From Octopus sinensis (lineage: Eukaryota): a stretch of 64,000 nt of DNA. The stretch lies in assembly GCF_006345805.1 (NCBI RefSeq), contig NC_043008.1, forward strand, positions 56,234,001 to 56,298,000, written 5' to 3'. A program made the position numbers and the translations under genes. The stretch's first letter is position 1; each line of letters starts with the position of its first letter. Positions 1 through 12,689 of the stretch are shown here, one piece after another. A model generated the notes under the pieces. It was not told the origin of the DNA. It did no database searches and saw only the letters and a list, made by a program, of their open reading frames with translations.

Positions 1-1195
1 TATATGAAAGAATGTTTGAAAATGCAAACCAGTTTCACTTTTTTAGAAAAAGATTGTCAAAAGTAACATGTAAAAGCTTTGTCGTGTTAGGTACTGGTTG
101 TCACAAAATATTATAGTACATATATACAGTCTTTGATAATAATAAAGACATGTTAGAAACGGTTTACAAGGAAAAATCTTGGGAAATCTTTTCCCCAGAT
201 TTCTTTTAAAATCGCATTTTCAAACCTTCTTTCATATATAATTTCACTTGTGCGGTACCTTACAACTTCACTTTGTTATATATATATATTAAAGGCATTT
301 CTATACATAAATGCCTCACGCTAGGAGGGACTCTTAAAGTCAAAACTACTATAATAACCACAACCCAGCTACGTGTTTTTTCTTTGAGCAAGACAATTTG
401 TTTCACAGTGCTCCTGTTCACTCAGCTGGCAAAAATGAGTAGTATCTGTATTTCAAAGGACCAGCCTTGTTGCATTCTATGTCATGCTGAATCTCTTTGA
501 GAACTACGTTAAGGGTACCTGTGATAGTGGAGGGCTCAGCTACTTTCATGCTAATTTCATGAGCAGTCTGTTCTCTTGATCCAATCAGCTGCGACACTTG
601 TTGTAAGTGATGGAATATATGGATTCAAAGAATGTTTATTGAAGTTGTGTGCCTGAATTTCATAAAAAAGCAGCCCTGATGTACTCTGTGGAATCCCAGC
701 TGGATGACATATTCAATTTTCTTATCTCTAATAGAATTTGCTTGATTTACACTGATGTAAATTGTGAAATTGAATTGGTTCTTTTGAGGAATTTAAGTGC
801 TTAAAACACTCTGTATGTGTGTATTGCATGTGCGTGTCTGTGTGTGATTGTGTGTTTTAAATACTTTATTAATCCCAAAATAATTAATCCACTACTTAAT
901 TAATCCAAAAAAAAGTCTTCACTGTTTTACTGGCAGTTGCATTTAATACTTTTAAGTAAGGGTTTCTTGGATTTTGTATGTTTGTATATGTAAGTACATG
1001 TATATGTGTGTGTGTGTGTGTGTGTGTATAAGGTTCGAAAATCGATTAAGGTTGTTCATTGTTTTATCAGTCTGCAGAGAAATGGCTAAAATTTGCCCTG
1101 TTTATAATTATACCATATGTTACATATATTATACACACACATGCACACATGCATGTGTGTGTGTGCCTAGGTATATATGTATATAGAAATAATAT

Positions 1196-1245
<50 letters not shown>

Positions 1246-1429
1246 TTTGTGTGTGTAATAGTGGGGTAGTTCATTTAAGGCAGCTTTTCACAAAACCTGT
1301 TTTTTCTTCTACAGTTGCTTTCAGCAATAGTTTGAAGTAAGAGTCTTCTCCCTTTATTACTAGTCCTCTCTATTGTTTGTACTGAGTTTACTTTTTCGAT
1401 TATTTCTGTTTTAATTTGTTTAACCAATT

Positions 1430-1434
1430 ATTAA

Positions 1435-1476
<42 letters not shown>

Positions 1477-1707
1477 ATATATCTATATATATATATATTG
1501 TATGTATGTATGTATGTATGTATATGTATGTATGTATGTATGCATATACATATATGTATATATATGTGTATGTATATGTATGTATGTATGCATATACATA
1601 TATGTATATATATATGTGTATGTATATGTATGTATATATATATACATATATGTATCTATATATATATGTATATATTTGTATGTATGTATATGTATATATA
1701 TATATAT

Positions 1708-1742
<35 letters not shown>

Positions 1743-1775
1743 GTATGCATATGTATGTATGTACATATGTATATA

Positions 1776-1825
<50 letters not shown>

Positions 1826-1830
1826 TGTAC
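1430..1830. repeat. Compound (TA)n/(TATG)n microsatellite; similar tracts at 38090-38450, 40770-41130, 46780-47035, 51770-51970, 55540-56670
   Basis: Direct inspection. These tracts give the YI/HT/CV pseudo-ORFs. Confidence 0.95.
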
Positions 1831-2048
1831 ACATAAATAAATACATGTACATATTCAAACTTGTGCATTCAAAGCTGAATTCTTACTAGAATATATACAC
1901 AGACAAAAATATTAAAAAAATTATTCACTTATTCTTACAAATTTTTCCGTTATTTAAATTTTTTAAGATGTCTGTTGTTTTCCATTCTGAAAAAAAATTT
2001 AAGAAATTGTATAATATTTCTCGTGCAATTATTCTTAAACCCTGACAG

Positions 2049-2144
2049 GTAATCGTAAAGGAGGTAGGAAGGATATCCCCTATGATGATAGTGATGATTC
2101 GATTCCAGATGATCTTCAAGCGAAAATGCAACGACCTCTTGAAA
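2049..2144 (+). CDS. Myo9: Myosin-IX tail, coding exon 1 in window (GNRKGGRKDIPYDDSDDSIPDDLQAKMQRPLE)
   Basis: ctgacAG acceptor and GTgagt donor. 96 nt, phase 1 to phase 1, open frame that joins the next exon. Poorly conserved region, so support is splice signals and phase only. Confidence 0.65.
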
Positions 2145-2374
2145 GTGAGTATTGTTAATTCTTTATCTTGGCTAAGACTATGGTTGCTTCTGCTGCTGCT
2201 GCTGCTGCTGTTGTTGATGATGATGATGAGGTGGAGCAGCATCATCATCATCATTTGCTAAAGCCTAGCCTTGATTGAGTAAATGGTGTATGGTGAAAAA
2301 TGTTCCAGCCATGACCGTTCAGTCTGGTTCTTTTTTTCTTTGTCTTTTGCGTATCCTAATCTGTGATACTCATT

Positions 2375-2760
2375 ATTCCTCCTCCTCCTCCTCTGCCGCC
2401 TCCTCCTGCTCCTCCTCCTCATGTTCCCCCTCCGTCAGTTCTCCTCTAGCCCCCTCCTCAAACCTTCTCCCTCCTCCAGCCCCCTCCTCAAACCTTCTCC
2501 CTCCTCCAGCCCCCTCCTCAAGCCTTCCTCCTCCTCCCCATGTTCCCCTCCTCCTCCTCCTCCTCCTCCACATGTCCCTCTCCCCATGTTCTACCTCCTC
2601 CCATGTTCCACTCCTCCTCCTCCTCCTCCTCCTCCATGTTCCTCCTCCTCCTCCTCCTCTCCCCATGTTCCCCTCCTCCTCCCCATGTTCCCCCTTGCTC
2701 CTCCCCATGTCCCTCTCCCCATGTTCCACCTCCTCCCATGTTCCCCACCTCCTCCTCCTA
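2375..2760. repeat. (CCT)n-rich degenerate minisatellite with CCATGT motif
   Basis: Direct inspection. Confidence 0.85.
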
Positions 2761-3169
2761 CCTCGTCAACATCATCATCATGCTTTAACGTCCGTTTTCC
2801 ATACTGGCATTGGTTGGACAGTATAACTGAAACCTGGGAATCTGCACTAGGTTCCTATCTGATCTGGCAAGGTTTCTACAGCTGGATGCCATTCCTAACG
2901 CCAACCACCCCAAGAGCGTAGTGGGTGCTTTTTACGTGCCAGTTATGAACCCAGAACCCTGAGGTTAGGAAGCAAGCTTCTTATCACACTGCCATGCCTG
3001 TGCCTGTTTAATGTCTACTTTTCCATGCTTGCATGGGTCAGATGCAATCTGTTGAGGCAGATTTTCTATGGCAATATGCCCCACCTGTTGCCAGCCCTCA
3101 CCTGTTTCATAGCAAGATAATATTTCCCCATGATTAGAAATGTTTTTTTAAAGAAACCTGGAAATCTTC

Positions 3170-4803
3170 TTCTTCTTTCTCCTCCTCCTCTAGCCTTCTT
3201 CTTCCTCCAGTCCTCCTCCTCCTCCAGTCCTCCTCCTCCAGCCTTCTTCCTCTTCCAGTCCTCCTCCTCCAGCCTTCTTCCTCCTCCAGTCCTCCTCCTC
3301 CAGCCTTCTTCCTCCTCCAGTCCTCCGCCTCCAGCCTTCTTCCTCCTCCAGTCCTCCGCCTCCAGCCTTCTTCCTCTTCCAGTCCCCTTCCTCAAGCCTT
3401 CTTCCTCCTCCAGTCCTCCTCCTCCAGCCTTCTTCCTCCTCCAGCCTTCTTCCTCCTCCAGTCCTCCGCCTCCAGCCTTCTTCCTCTTCCAGTCCCCTTC
3501 CTCAAGCCTTCTTCCTCCTCCAGTCCTCCTCCTCCACCTTCTTCCTCCTCCAGTCCTCCTCCTCCTCCAGCCTTCTTCCTCTTCCAGTCCCCTTCCTCCA
3601 GCCTTCTTCTTCCTCTAGTCCTCCTCCTCCTCCTCCTCCAGCCTTCTTCCTCTTCCAGTCCCCTTCCTCAAGCCTTCTTCTCCTCCTCCAGTCCTCTCCG
3701 CCTCCAGCCTTCTTCCTCCTCCAGCCTTCTTCCTCCTCCAGTCCTCCGCCTCCAGCCTTCTTCCTCTTCCAGTCCCCTTCCTCAAGCCTTCTTCCTCCTC
3801 CAGTCCTCCGCCTCCAGCCTTCTTCCTCCTCCAGCCTTCTTCTTCCTCCTCCAGTCCTCCGCCTCCAGCCTTCTTCCTCTTCCAGTCCCCTTCCTCAAGC
3901 CTTCTTCCTCTCCAGTCCTCCGCCTCCAGCCTTCTTCCTCCTCAAGCCTTCTTCCTCCTCCAGCCTTCTCCTCCTCCAGTCCTCCGCCTCCAGCCTTCTT
4001 CCTCTTCCAGTCCCCTTCCTCAAGCCTTCTTCCTCCTCCTCCTCCTCCAGCCTCTTCCTCCTCCAGCCTTCTTCCTCTTCCAGTCCCCTTCCTCAAGCCT
4101 TCTTCTCCTCCTCCAGTCCTCCTCCTCAGCCTTCTTCCTCCTCCAGCCTTCTTCCTCCTCCAGTCCTCCTCCTCCAGCCTCTTCCTCCTCCAGTCCTCCT
4201 CCTCCTCCTCCAGTCCCCTTCCTCAAGCCTTCTTCCTCCTCCAGTCCTCCTCCTCCAGCCTTCTTCCTCCTCAAGCCTTCTTCCTCCTCCAGTCCTCCGC
4301 CTCCAGCCTTCTTCCTCTTCCAGTCCCCTTCCTCAAGCCTTCTTCCTCCTCCAGTCCTCCGCCTCCAGCCTTCTTCCTCTTCCAGTCCCCTTCCTCAAGC
4401 CTTCTTCCTCCTCCAGTCCTCCTCCTCCAGCCTTCTTCCTCCTCAAGCCTTCTTCCTCCTCCAGTCCTCCGCCTCCAGCCTTCTTCCTCTTCCAGTCCCC
4501 TTCCTCCAGCCTTCTTCCTCCTCCAGTCCTCCTCCTCCAGCCTTCTTCCTCCTCCAGTCCTCCTCCTCCAGCCTTCTTCCTCCTCCAGTCCTCCTCCTCC
4601 AGCCTTCTTCCTCCTCCAGTCCTCCTCCTCCAGCCTTCTTCCTCCTCCAGTCCTCCTCCTCCAGCCTTCTTCCCTCCTCTTCCTCCTCCAGTCCCCTCCT
4701 CCAGCCTTCTTCCTCCTCCAGTCCTCCTCCTCCAGCCTTCTTCCTCCTCCAGTCCTCCTCCTCCAGCCTTCTTCCTCTTCCGTCCTCCTCCTCCAGCCTT
4801 CTT
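3170..4803. repeat. 1.6-kb pyrimidine-rich minisatellite, ~31-bp unit CCAGCCTTCTTCCTCCTCCAGTCCTCCTCCT with variants
   Basis: 31-bp period visible at 4506/4537. Confidence 0.95.
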
Positions 4804-5455
4804 CATGTGAGGATGAAGCTCATTTTCATCCATCACATGATATTACGGCAAGGTCATACCTGCACATGCATGCACATGCGTGCAACAGTCTTCTTTCAGT
4901 TCCTGCCTACCAAATCCATTCAGCGGGCATTGATCAGCTTGGGGCTGTAGTAGAAGACACTTGTCCAAGATGCCAGCAGGTGGGACTGAACCTGAGATCA
5001 TGTGGTTGGGAAGCAAGCTTCTTAACCACAAACCCACCTGTGCCTAAATGAGGATGATGATGATGATAATTAACTTTATTTAATTTTGTAAGCTGCTTAA
5101 TGAGCTTTATTGAATTTGTATTCTATTGTGTTTGGGGAGAGTCATTTTCTTTTTGTGCCTTATTATTATGTAACACACTCGCCGTTTTTCTTATTTTTAT
5201 TGTCCTAAAACTATTGAAAAGGTTGCAAGGCGCAACAAAAATTTTAGGAAAATAAAAATAAGAAACAAAAAAGTGGAAATTTTACAGGTGAGTGTGTTAT
5301 ATTATAAGGCACAAAAAGAAAATGACTCTCCCCAGACACAACAGAATATGCTTCAACACACGAACTCATATAAAGAATCTTGCAAACCAAATCCAAAAAT
5401 GAATTTGTTTTCTTTCACAAATATTTTTCATTGTTATTGCTGTTGTTGTTATCAG

Positions 5456-5769
5456 TGGTTTCGAATGGTCTATTTCCAGTTGGTGCCCCGACAAACCTGG
5501 AATATTCACCTACTTTCGGGCATGATGAAATTCTCCAAACCAGCAGCTATGGCATCCAAGTGCCCTGCGGTCCAGTTCTTATGGATGGACGCAGAGCAAG
5601 CTCCAATCGGAAGAAACCCCATCGACGTGGAATGCGTAGCAAGTCTGACATGAAGATGCCGCCCACAAACTGGAGTGTGGCAGGCACCTCCCAGTGGCAA
5701 TATCCTGAAGAACTCATGGTCTCTGATATCCGGGAATTGCAGTTGCTTGATGAATTTATTTACAAAAAG
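5456..5769 (+). CDS. Myo9: Myosin-IX exon 2 (...PTNWSVAGTSQWQYPEELMVSDIRELQLLDEFIYKK)
   Basis: The 3' end resembles the Myo9 segment preceding the C1 domain (human MYO9A ...DLKSMDEFLLKK, from memory). Donor AAG|GTattt, phase 0. The acceptor is 5456 or the in-frame alternative 5480. Confidence 0.85.
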
Positions 5770-7574
5770 GTATTTTCTTATTCTTTTATGTACCAGTTTC
5801 ACGAATTAGACTGTGGCCATGCTAGAGCACTCCGTTAACCCTTTCGTAACCAACCCGGCTGAAACCAGCTCTGGCTCTGAGTACAAATGTCTTGTTTTCA
5901 TAAGTATTGAATTAAAATCTTCCACCAAACCTTAGTCACAATTTAAGTTCCTAACACTAGCTTAACGATAACTAAGTTATTTTACTGAATTCTTTGTTAT
6001 ATTTAAAGTAATTGAAAGAAAAACTGAGTATCTCAAAATAAATACAGTAACGAAAGGGTTAAGGTGTTTTACTCAATCGTCACACCCCCAGAATTTATTA
6101 CCGTTTGGTACTTATCTCATCAGTCTCTGTTTATTGGACAGCTAAGTCATTGCTTTTTGATATTGAAGGTATGACTGTGTGGTTAAAAGAGCTCATTTTC
6201 AACACAGTGACCGTCCAGTAAATCCACTCACAAGGAATTGGTCAGTCTGGGAGCTCCAGTAGAAGATACTTGCCCAAGGTGTTGCATAGTGGGACTGAAC
6301 CCAAAACCATGTGGTTGGGAAACAAGCTTCTTAACCACGCAGCTATGCTTGCACTTATGTGACCTATATATATATATATATAATCACATGACCGACCAGG
6401 CTATCAGATGTTGCTACACATCGCTGGTCACAATGTGCTTTGCATTGTTTTAGCCTTCAAATGATGCCACCCCGCTGGCTAAGCGAGCAGGCCTACAGAA
6501 GAAAGAGTGAGAGAAAGTTGTGGTGAAAGACTACAGCAGGGATCGCCATCACCCCCTGCCAGAGCCTTGTGGAGCTTTAGGTGTTTTCGCTCAATAAGCA
6601 CTCACAACGCACAGTCTGGGAATTGAAACTGTGATCCTACGACCGTGAGTCTGCTGCCCTAACCACTGGGCCATTGCGCCTCCACACACACATACATATA
6701 TATACATACACACACACAGATTGGTTGTTTCTTTAACATCTGTTTTCCTATGCTAACATGGCCTGGAGAAGAATTGACAAGATTTTATGGCTGGGCGCTC
6801 TTCCTGTTGCCAACCCTTGCCTGTTTTTCAGGCAAAGGGTTTCTATGTTCTGCAAGTCTTTGATAGCTAAGAACAGGTGGTTATAATAATGCCAACAAGG
6901 AATGACAACATAGGCATCACTTTGCACAAACATGCAGAGAGGGACTCTGCATGTTAATTTACCAAATCTGTTTGATTTCCAACCCCTTCTCTGTATGCAT
7001 GGAAGTATGTGTATATATGTGTATACACACACACACACAAATATATGTGTACACATGATAAGCTTAATATAATTTCCATCAACCAAATTTTCATCCACAA
7101 GTTTGCCAATCCAAGCTTACAACAGAAGGCACTTGCCCAAGGTGTTGTGCATTGATTGGGACTGTTCACAGAACCATGTTGTTGTGAAGCTAAGTTCTTA
7201 ACCACTTGACTGTACACCAGTAATATAAGAAGCAAAAAAAAAATTATTAAAAGTAAAAAAAGACCCACTTTTTCTGTACTATGTGTTGTATTAAAATCTT
7301 GCACCTTGGTCTTGATCAGTCATGAGCAAACTTCAGCCCACAGGCCACATGCAGCCCAAAGGACTTTCCGAGTGATATTTCTAACAAAAAAATTACCTGG
7401 AATTTCCTTAGTAGTTTGGCCTACCTGATGATGAGCCATGTCTCATGTGGCCTGCTTCTTGGGAAAAAGTTGAAGCTGCTTAGTCTAGATTCTTCTGTTG
7501 TCCTTTCAGTAGCTCTGATGCCACTGAAGGAATGGTGAGTTTAATAACCATTTTCTGTCTCTTGTTACTTTCAG

Positions 7575-7691
7575 CTAATGAACCTCAGTCTGTACAACAG
7601 TCAACGAGATACTATCTGTGATGTAGTTTTTAAAAAATCTCTCAAAGAATTTCATCGAGACCTGACAGCTTGTTTGTCAATTGCAATGTTG
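7575..7691 (+). CDS. Myo9: Myosin-IX exon 3 (LMNLSLYNSQRDTICDVVFKKSLKEFHRDLTACLSIAML)
   Basis: tttcAG / GTaagt, phase 0-0. DVVFKKSLKEF matches Myo9 DVVFKKALKEF. Confidence 0.93.
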
Positions 7692-7879
7692 GTAAGTGCC
7701 ATTGTTTGTTGTTTTTGTTGTTTTTTTTTATATATATTTTCTAAAATTCTAAAAGTCAATCGTTACATCCAACTTCACCTGGAGGGTTTGTTTGTGGTAT
7801 TCACCTAAGAATGCATGGTGTACTTCAGTATTTGATGATCTAACAAAACAACCATGTTAAGTTGGATATAAAGTGTTAA

Positions 7880-8650
7880 AATAATAATAATAATGAAATT
7901 ATTGTATACAGTGCTCAGGTGCACCACAACTTGTCAAAAGTGCGTATAAAGCATATGCAGTAATGTACAAATGTCTGGAAAGTGAACAATGTATGAGTCA
8001 GATACATGCTTGTGTGTGTATGGAGGGGAGAAAATCAGGTGTAGTGTTGGCGAATCTCAGGAAGCATAGAAGTTTTGAAGGATGCAGTGCTCCAACGACT
8101 AACAACTGATGCTGGTAGTTTGTTCCATACTTCAGCAACTCTTAGCATGAAAAAAATGTTTCCGAAAGTCATGGGAGCTGTGCTGTTTTCTGACATTGTA
8201 AATATGTCCATGGGTGTTAGACAGATGGAATTTGAAAAGGTGCTCAGAGTTATTGTTTGTAAGATGGTTAATAATTTTATGGGTATCTGCCAAGTCAGCT
8301 GCCAGACATCGGAGTTTCAATGTATCCATGCCCAGGGAAGTAAGGCGTTCAGAATATGTGACAGTCTTGAACACCTCCATTTGACTGAAGGTAGACTAAT
8401 CGATTACAATAAATAGGAACTAAGTGAACTTTCAGGTGAGATTAGTTGACGGTGTTAGTTCAACCATGTTAGTTTACTGTGTTAGTTTGATGTGAGATGG
8501 TTTAACTGTCAGTTGTTAAACAGTGAAAACTGAGTGTTGTACCTATGTTTGAGTAGTATGGAGTGCATTCTGTGTTGACATATATTTTAGATGACCACAA
8601 CCAACCATTTATTTGTGTAATACCATTTTACACCAGGCGTGTATACCCAC
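7880..8650 (-). mobile_element. CR1-clade LINE 3' fragment
   Basis: YSERLTSLGMDTLKLR.LAADLADTHKII...HGHIYNVRKQHSSHDFRKHFF...RVAEVWNKLPASVV, followed by a (TTA)n tail near 7880. Confidence 0.85.
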
Positions 8651-9097
8651 ATCATAACATAAAGATTGCTTTTTGGTACTAATGCTGCTACGTTATTTTC
8701 TTTTTTTGTGTACTTTAATTTCAGTCTTTGAACTGTTCTTTTGCTGGCAGCAAGTCTTTATGGGTTTTAGTTAAATATAATTACTGGCACTTGTGCCAGT
8801 GTGCAGATGACACATAAAAAAAAAATTTCCGTGACCGTTGCCAGTGCTGCCTGACTGGCTCCCGTGCCGGTGACATGTAAAAAGCACCCATTACACTTTC
8901 AGAATGGTTGGCGTTAGGAAGAGCATCCAGCTGTAGAAACTCTGCCAGATCAAGTTTGGATCCTAGTGCAGCCATCTGGTTCGCTAATCCTCAGTCAAAT
9001 CGTCCCACACATGCTAGCATGGAAAGCGGACGTTAAACGATGATGATGATGATGATGATAATTGCCTGCTTTTCTTACTTATATCAATGTTGTAAGG

Positions 9098-9326
9098 CAG
9101 CAGTTCCCAACCTTTTTCACACCACAGACTGGTTTCATTCAAGACAATTTTCCCATGGATTGGGTGGATCACCATATATAACAAAAAAAAAACAATAAAG
9201 TGTACAATATCTTATTTAATTATTACATATATAATACACATATAAAGGAAGAATATCCTGCAAAAATTTATTCTTTCTCTTTGGTCCAGTACCATGTGCT
9301 CCATGGCATGGTGACTGGGAGCCTTT
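9098..9326. mobile_element. hAT/Charlie-like MITE remnant
   Basis: CAGCAGTTCCCAACCTTTTT...GACTGGTTTC...GAAGACAATTTT start and degenerate GGGAGCC end. Confidence 0.55.
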
Positions 9327-9689
9327 GTTGTAAGAGACAAAATAACTAAGTTGGTTCACCTTCTTGTAAAGGGACGTAACTCAAACTAAATTCCTCAAGT
9401 TTTTCTCTTTTGTTATCCCTCACAGAGGTGTTTGTTATCTTCAGGTTGACCAAAGCCCTGAGTGAAATTTGGCAGATGGATGATCTGAATGGAACCCTCT
9501 TGTGTATATGATAAAGGTGATGATGACAATGGTAGCTCTGCTGCTGCTGTGCATGTGTGCAGTTGCTCTCTGGAAAACTTTACTCAAGGCTTTGATAAAC
9601 CCAAGGCTATGATTGACTACATGTACCCAAGATGCTACCATCTTAAAAATAGAAGAAATACTGCATAATGTAGTCTTAGATATAAAGGG

Positions 9690-10015
9690 CAAAGACCCCC
9701 TTCGCTCATGAATGACCATGGGATTGCACCTAGGAAGTTCCCTTCTGAGGCACAAAACAGGGCAAGGTTGTTTATGGGAGATGAGCAATTACCCATGCAT
9801 ACCAGCCTCCCTTCTTTGTGCCGCCAAGGGAAAGGCAAAGGCCGATACAGCTTGGCCCTAGTGATGTAGAAACTAATTTCTACAGCTGAGTGAACTGGAG
9901 CAATGTGAAATAAAGTGTCTTGCTCAAGAACACAACATACAGCCCAGTCTGGGAATCGAACTCACTACCTCATGATTGTGAGCCTGGTGCTCTAACCACT
10001 GAGCAATGCACCTTC
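9690..10015 (-). mobile_element. Further tRNA-headed SINE (family E)
   Basis: Minus head ggtgcattgctcagtggttagagc...gagttcgattccc. Confidence 0.6.
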
Positions 10016-10247
10016 ACTGTAGTCCTAGATATACTCTATCCCAATAACAGCATGCTGGTCAGCATTTTTGCTCACAGGTCAATTGGAGGAGGACAGACTT
10101 GAGGCTAAATATCCAACAACAATAACAAAAAATGTCCTTTGTAGTTTTGTAAAAGAAGTGAATACTTTTAATCATGTCTTTGCTTTTATTTTATTTCTTG
10201 ATTTATCTATTTTTCTGTTTTTTCTTTTTTTATTTCTCCTATTTCAG

Positions 10248-10496
10248 AAAGACGTAGTGACCACTCAGTACAGGTACAGAGATTTAATGAACAATTTTGA
10301 ACAGGTGTTACAAGCACAGGTGAAAAATGTAGGAACCAATGCTGCTTTCCCAGTGACAATGGGGGTCAATGCTTTCCGTGGCTTCTTAGATGAATTCATG
10401 AAGGAGAGTAAAGAAATCCGGCGAAAAGAAAAGAAGGAAGAGAGAAAAACTGAATCCAAATCTACGAAAAAAGAGCGCCAGAAGAAAGATATGTTG
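10248..10496 (+). CDS. Myo9: Myosin-IX exon 4 (KDVVTTQYRYRDLMNNFEQVL...NAFRGFLDEFMKE...KKDML)
   Basis: tttcAG / GTaagc, phase 0-0. YRDL..FEQ.L and NAF..FLDE.M motifs of the Myo9 pre-C1 region. Confidence 0.93.
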
Positions 10497-10584
10497 GTAA
10501 GCCACTGTACTAATTATTTATTATTTCTACTAATTATTACTGATTCAGTATTATTATTATTATTATTATTATTACTATTACTAT

Positions 10585-10616
<32 letters not shown>

Positions 10617-10679
10617 ATTATTATTATTTATTATTATTTATTATTGATAATAATAATAATAATGATAATATCCTTAAAC

Positions 10680-10940
10680 AACCCTTATTCAGGGACCTTT
10701 TGAGCGGGATGGGCTACTCAACCTGAAGAAAATTCTAACTGGGCCCCACCTGCAAGGTCATGTGCTGTTTATCTTGATATGAGATCAACATGTCGCGCAC
10801 ATTTGGTTGTGATGCATGTGCCTGGTGTACCCTTATCAGACAAGTAGTCATGATGGGTATACTGGGCTTCGTATATTTTACCCCAGTGTCACTTTGATGG
10901 CATGATCTGCTCTCTCACTCAATGATAATAATAATAATAA
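10680..10940 (+). mobile_element. Unclassified retroposon 3' fragment within (AAT)n
   Basis: Balanced-GC block bounded by (AAT/TAC)n upstream and an (AAT)n tail. Confidence 0.35.
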
Positions 10941-11210
10941 GCTGGCAGAGTCGTTAGCATGCTGAGCAAAATGTTTAGCTGCATCTTGTCTGTCTTTATG
11001 TTCTGAGTTCAGATTCTGCTGAGGTTGGCTTTACCTTTCATCCTTTTGGGGTCGATAAAATAAGTACCAGTTGAAAACAGGTTGATTTAATCAACTTAGC
11101 CCTTCTCCTAAACCTTGTGCCAAAATGTGAAACCAATATTATTATTATTATTATCGAGTAAGAGAGCAGTGGTGAGAGACAAGCACAAACATAACCACAC
11201 ACACACTCTG

Positions 11211-11247
<37 letters not shown>

Positions 11248-11607
11248 TGTATATACACATGATGGGCTTCTTTCATTTTCCATCTTCCAAATTCGCTCAC
11301 AAGGCTTTGGTCAGTCTGGGGTTATAGTAGAAGACACTTGCCCATGGTGCCATGCAGTGGGATTGAACCTAGAACTTGAACCCTTGTGGTTTGGAAGCAA
11401 ACTTCTTACTACACAACCGTGCTTTCACCTGTTAAATTTTAAGGAAGGTATTCATAGTTTGCTGTGACTAAATGATTATTATTAACCATTATATTTTCTC
11501 TTCTTAAAATATATTTGGAAACAAAACACATTTGTCAGGTAAATTTTTTTTTTTTTTAAATTTGTTAATGTCAATGTATTTGCTTTATTTCTTCTTTGAT
11601 ACTGCAG

Positions 11608-11713
11608 GAGTATTTGGGACACAAATTCCTTACAGTTCAATTCAACATTCCAACTTTCTGTGAGCTATGTTCATCAATTATATGGATCATGGAAAAGGGT
11701 TTTGTATGTCAAG
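11608..11713 (+). CDS. Myo9: Myosin-IX exon 5, C1 domain N-half (EYLGHKFLTVQFNIPTFCELCSSIIWIMEKGFVCQ)
   Basis: ctgcAG / GTaagt, phase 0-1. H-x12-C-x2-C-x12-C pattern. Confidence 0.95.
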
Positions 11714-12689
11714 GTAAGTAGACACTTCCAAGGTATTCATCTTTCTGGCGACCTATTGAGTCAAGTATATCAACATCAAAATTAAAAATCAAATGGAAAT
11801 TGTAGATGTGATACCTGTTTCGGTGGCACGTAAAAAACACCATCTGAACATGGCCAATGCCAGCGCTGCCTTGACTGGCTTCCGTGCTGGTGGCATGTAA
11901 AAAGAACCAATTAATTGTGGCCATTGCCAGCCTCCTTTGGCTCTTGTACCAGTGGCATGTAAAAAGCACCCACTACACTCACGGAGTGGTTGGCATTAGG
12001 AAGGGCATCCAGCTGTAGAAACACTGCCAGATCGGACTGGAGCCTGGTGCAGCCTCGTGGCTTCCCAGACCCCGGTCGAACCGTCCAACCCATGCTAGCA
12101 ATGGAAAACGGATGTTAAATGATGATGATGATGATGATGGAAACAGGCAGAAGATCTCCATACAGCTGGTTCTCAGTAGTATGTGTTCTCTAATAAATGT
12201 TTAAGACTGCTCTTAGCATTTGGGTGTCAGTTACATCTAGCATGAAGTATCCTGGCTGTTGTACCATATAAAAACACTGAGTCTAGTGTTGCACAGGTAA
12301 AATTCCGCTTAAGGTTTAGTGCTCACATTGTTTTGGCTGTCTTAGTTTTTACATCCTTTTCAAAGGGACATTGCTGATGAGCTAAACAAGAGCTGGCATA
12401 TGACTTACAGCTGTGGATGCCAGAGCATGGCTGTACTCGAACAGGTCATTTGAACACAACATATGTAGATCCGCTCACTAAATGCCTCCCTCAAGATCTC
12501 CCTCAATTAATGCAGGACTATGATGGATGGCATGTATGCATAGAAAATGTTCAAGCAAGCTTGATCTGACGTTGAAGATTCTTTACATTGTTCACTGGTT
12601 TCTGAAATTAGACTGTGACCGAGCTTGAGTATTACTTACAAGTATTTTGGCCATGAGGAATTGGGCTGCTGCTGCAGCCTCTTGATATG

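Noticed and set aside
1400-1889. Long YI/HT/CV-rich ORFs here and at 37823-38498, 40074-41183, 46668-47130, 49427-49953, 56029-56871
   Set aside because: Translations of (TA)n/(CA)n/(TATG)n microsatellites, open on both strands.
1925-2254. Minus-strand ORF that looked like a LINE fragment
   Set aside because: Better explained as the antisense of the plus-strand exon 2049-2144 plus simple repeats.
2275-4836. Pro/Ser/Glu/Gly-rich ORFs
   Set aside because: Products of the CCT-rich minisatellites. They sit inside a Myo9 intron whose flanking exons join in phase without them.
7425-7460. CTGATGA followed by a small hairpin
   Set aside because: No downstream GAAA or stem III, so not a hammerhead.
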